A stretch of 64,000 nt of DNA from Rhodospirillales bacterium (lineage in GTDB: Bacteria; Pseudomonadota; Alphaproteobacteria; Rhodospirillales; Defluviicoccaceae): contig JAXMDR010000005.1 of NCBI GenBank assembly GCA_046348725.1, positions 3,272 through 67,271 of the forward strand. Reading direction: 5' to 3'. The notes beneath the pieces are model-generated. The model was not told where the DNA came from and did not search any database. It was given only the letters and a program-made list of their open reading frames with translations. Every line of letters begins with the position of its first letter. Within the stretch, counting starts at the first letter, position 1. This document shows positions 61,664 to 64,000 of the stretch, piece by piece. The translations under genes were made by a program, and so were the position numbers.

Positions 61664-63991
61664 ATGGCCGACCCGCCCTCCCTCGATATCTCCTCTTTCA
61701 ATCGGGCGAAGCTGCAGAAGATCGTCAACGTCCTGATGGACCAGGTCGAGCGCGGCATCGACTTCCAGGGCAATGCCTACTCGCTGTTCCAGACGGCGAT
61801 CCTGCTGGAGGACAAGGTTCGCGAGCGCACCCGCCGGCTGGAAATGGCGCTGCACGACCTGGAAAGGAGCAACCGCGAGCTTATTCTTGCCAAGTCGCAG
61901 ACGGAGACCGTGCAGACCCGGCTGATGGACGCGGTCGAGAGCATCTCGGAAGGCTTCGTGCATTTCGATTGCGACGACCGTCTGGTCCTGTGCAACACCA
62001 AGTTCGTGGAGTTCTGGTCCGGGGCGGCGGACATCCGCGAGGTGATGCGGCCGGGCGTGCCGTTCCGCGAAATCTCCCGCTGGACGGTCGAGAATGGCCT
62101 CGTCAACGTCGAGGGCGATGCCGACGACTGGCTGCGCGACCGGCTCCATCGCCACACCAACCCTTCCGATCCGGTCATCGTCCACCTCAGCAGCGGCCGC
62201 TGGCTGCAGATCCGCGAGCGTCGAACCCGTTCGCGCGACATCGTCGGCATCTACACCGACATCACCGACATCAAGCTCGATGAGGAGCGCCGGCGCGAGC
62301 GCGAACTGGCGGAGAAGTCGGTGCTGCTGCAATCGACCCTCGATAATCTGGTGCAGGGGGTGAGTGTCTTCGACCGCGACTCCCGCCTCGTCGCCTGGAA
62401 CGACCGCTTCATTGACCTGCTGGCGCTTCCCGGCTGGCTGGTCCGGCCGGGGGCCGGCTTCGCCGACTACCTGCGTTACCGGATCGACCGCGGCGATTTC
62501 GGTATCGAAGCGCCCGCGGCGATGGCGACGCAGCAGGAGCGGATCCGCTGCCGGCAGGCGTGGAAGAGCGAGCAGGTGCTGGCGAACGGCACCGTCCTGG
62601 AGGTGCGCCGGGACCCGATGCCCGACGGCGGCTTCGTTACGGCCTATACCGACGTGACCGACCTGAAGGTCGCCGCCAGACAGCTCCACGAGGCGAAGGA
62701 GTGGCTGGAGCGCCGCGTCGCCGAGCGCACGGGCGAGCTGACTGCCGTCAATGACAAGCTGCGGGAAGAGATCTACGAGCGCGCCCAGGTGGAGGACGCC
62801 CTGCAGATCGCCAAGGCCGAGGCGGAGACCGCCAACCTCAGCAAGACCCGGTTCTTCGCCGGTGCCAGCCACGACCTGCTGCAGCCGCTCAATGCCGCCC
62901 GCCTGTTCATCACCGCGCTCACCGAATGTTCCCTCGGTGGCAAGGAGCGCGAGTTCGCCGGCCAGATCGATCAGGCGCTCTGCAATGTCGAGGGACTGCT
63001 GAGCACCCTGCTCGACATCTCGAAGCTCGACGCTGGCGCCGTCATTCCGAAGTGCAAGGACTTCTTCATCGGCGATCTGCTGCGGGGGCTGGCCGAGGAG
63101 TTCACGCCAGTCGCGGCCGACGCCGGTCTTAGCCTGGTCCTCGTCCCTTGCTCCGCCGCCGTCCGTTCCGATCCGGTGCTGCTCAGCCGGGTGATCCGCA
63201 ACTTTCTCGCCAACGCCATCCGCTATACCGCGACCGGGCGCGTGCTGGTTGGCTGCCGCCGGCGGGGGGACCTCGTCCGGATCGAGGTCTGCGACAGCGG
63301 GATCGGCATTCCCGAGAGCGCCACCCAGCAGGTCTTCGAGGAGTTCCGCCAACTCAGCACCAGCGGCGAGGCCAGAGGCAAGGGCGTGGGCCTTGGCCTC
63401 GCCATCGTCAAGCGCCTTTCCCGCGTCCTCGGCCATCCCATCGGCGTCCGCTCGAAGCTCGGCAAGGGTTCTGCGTTCTTCGTCGATGTCCCGAGGGGCT
63501 CCCTGCACGACGCGCACGAACGGATCCAGACGACGCGGCGCACGCCGGTCCATGCTCTCGCCTCGGCATTCTTGGTGATCATCGAGGATCATGACGCCGT
63601 GCGCGACGGCATGCGCGAGTTGCTGCAGAGCTGGGGCTGCCGGGCGATCACCGCTGCCGACGGGCAACGGGCTTTAGCCGAACTGGCGCAGGCCGGGCGA
63701 GCCCCCGACGTCGTCATCGCCGACTACCATCTCGACCGCGGCGACACCGGGCTTGCCGCGGTGGCGGCAGTGCGCGAGACCTATGGACCGGTGCCGGCGC
63801 TCATCATCACCGCCGATCGCAGCCGGGAAGTGTTGGACGCGGTCCGCCACCAGGGCATTCATGCCCTGCACAAGCCGGTGAAACCCGCCAAGCTGCGCGC
63901 CCTCATCTCCCACCTGCTGGCACAGCGCCGCCACGCAAGGGCGGATGGCGAGGCGAAGGTCAGGGGCCTGCTGCACCAGCCGTCGGTCTAA
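61664..63991 (+). CDS. PAS-domain hybrid histidine kinase / response regulator (NahK/ErcS-like)
   Basis: Two PAS_7-like domains, ASHDLLQPLNAARL H-box, NAIRYT, DSGIGI, GLGLAIV, C-terminal REC (IADYHLD, KPVKP). Confidence 0.92.
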   Translation: MADPPSLDISSFNRAKLQKIVNVLMDQVERGIDFQGNAYSLFQTAILLEDKVRERTRRLEMALHDLERSNRELILAKSQTETVQTRLMDAVESISEGFVHFDCDDRLVLCNTKFVEFWSGAADIREVMRPGVPFREISRWTVENGLVNVEGDADDWLRDRLHRHTNPSDPVIVHLSSGRWLQIRERRTRSRDIVGIYTDITDIKLDEERRRERELAEKSVLLQSTLDNLVQGVSVFDRDSRLVAWNDRFIDLLALPGWLVRPGAGFADYLRYRIDRGDFGIEAPAAMATQQERIRCRQAWKSEQVLANGTVLEVRRDPMPDGGFVTAYTDVTDLKVAARQLHEAKEWLERRVAERTGELTAVNDKLREEIYERAQVEDALQIAKAEAETANLSKTRFFAGASHDLLQPLNAARLFITALTECSLGGKEREFAGQIDQALCNVEGLLSTLLDISKLDAGAVIPKCKDFFIGDLLRGLAEEFTPVAADAGLSLVLVPCSAAVRSDPVLLSRVIRNFLANAIRYTATGRVLVGCRRRGDLVRIEVCDSGIGIPESATQQVFEEFRQLSTSGEARGKGVGLGLAIVKRLSRVLGHPIGVRSKLGKGSAFFVDVPRGSLHDAHERIQTTRRTPVHALASAFLVIIEDHDAVRDGMRELLQSWGCRAITAADGQRALAELAQAGRAPDVVIADYHLDRGDTGLAAVAAVRETYGPVPALIITADRSREVLDAVRHQGIHALHKPVKPAKLRALISHLLAQRRHARADGEAKVRGLLHQPSV

Positions 63992-64000
63992 CCGCCGAGA

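Overview
GC-rich alphaproteobacterial chromosome window. The ispE-TPR-ETF:QO-UDG-SLT-moaB-prmA-uvrD order and the thiS-thiG fusion suggest Rhodospirillales (inference). Bases 1-30 kb are mostly housekeeping genes, plus an NtrC/sigma54-type promoter ahead of an ATP-grasp/alpha-E/transglutaminase operon, a TIR-TM-TPR protein, an IS4 inside a palindromic repeat, and a DUF2946/RAPP leader ORF whose 3' end pairs with the RBS of the next gene. Bases 29.7-41.6 kb are accessory: a B12 riboswitch operon, a Tat-exported 2H phosphoesterase, an IS630, and a type I export system (peptidase-ABC transporter + HlyD) next to a double-glycine precursor with a polyproline core. Bases 41.8-59.1 kb hold the main result, a rearranged mycofactocin (MFT) system: mdo, AAA+/VWA pair, mftM, mftC, two OYE/FadH flavoenzymes, fixB-C-X-A, mftE, mftF, a 55-aa mftA missed by the ORF track, an MFT-coupled SDR and mftB. 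No mftD, mftG or mftR is present in the window. A LuxR regulator, a FIST protein and a hybrid kinase follow. Many genes, including accC, carry 1-2 nt indels that look like long-read assembly errors, so pseudogene calls are tentative. All family assignments come from motif recognition only; no searches were run.
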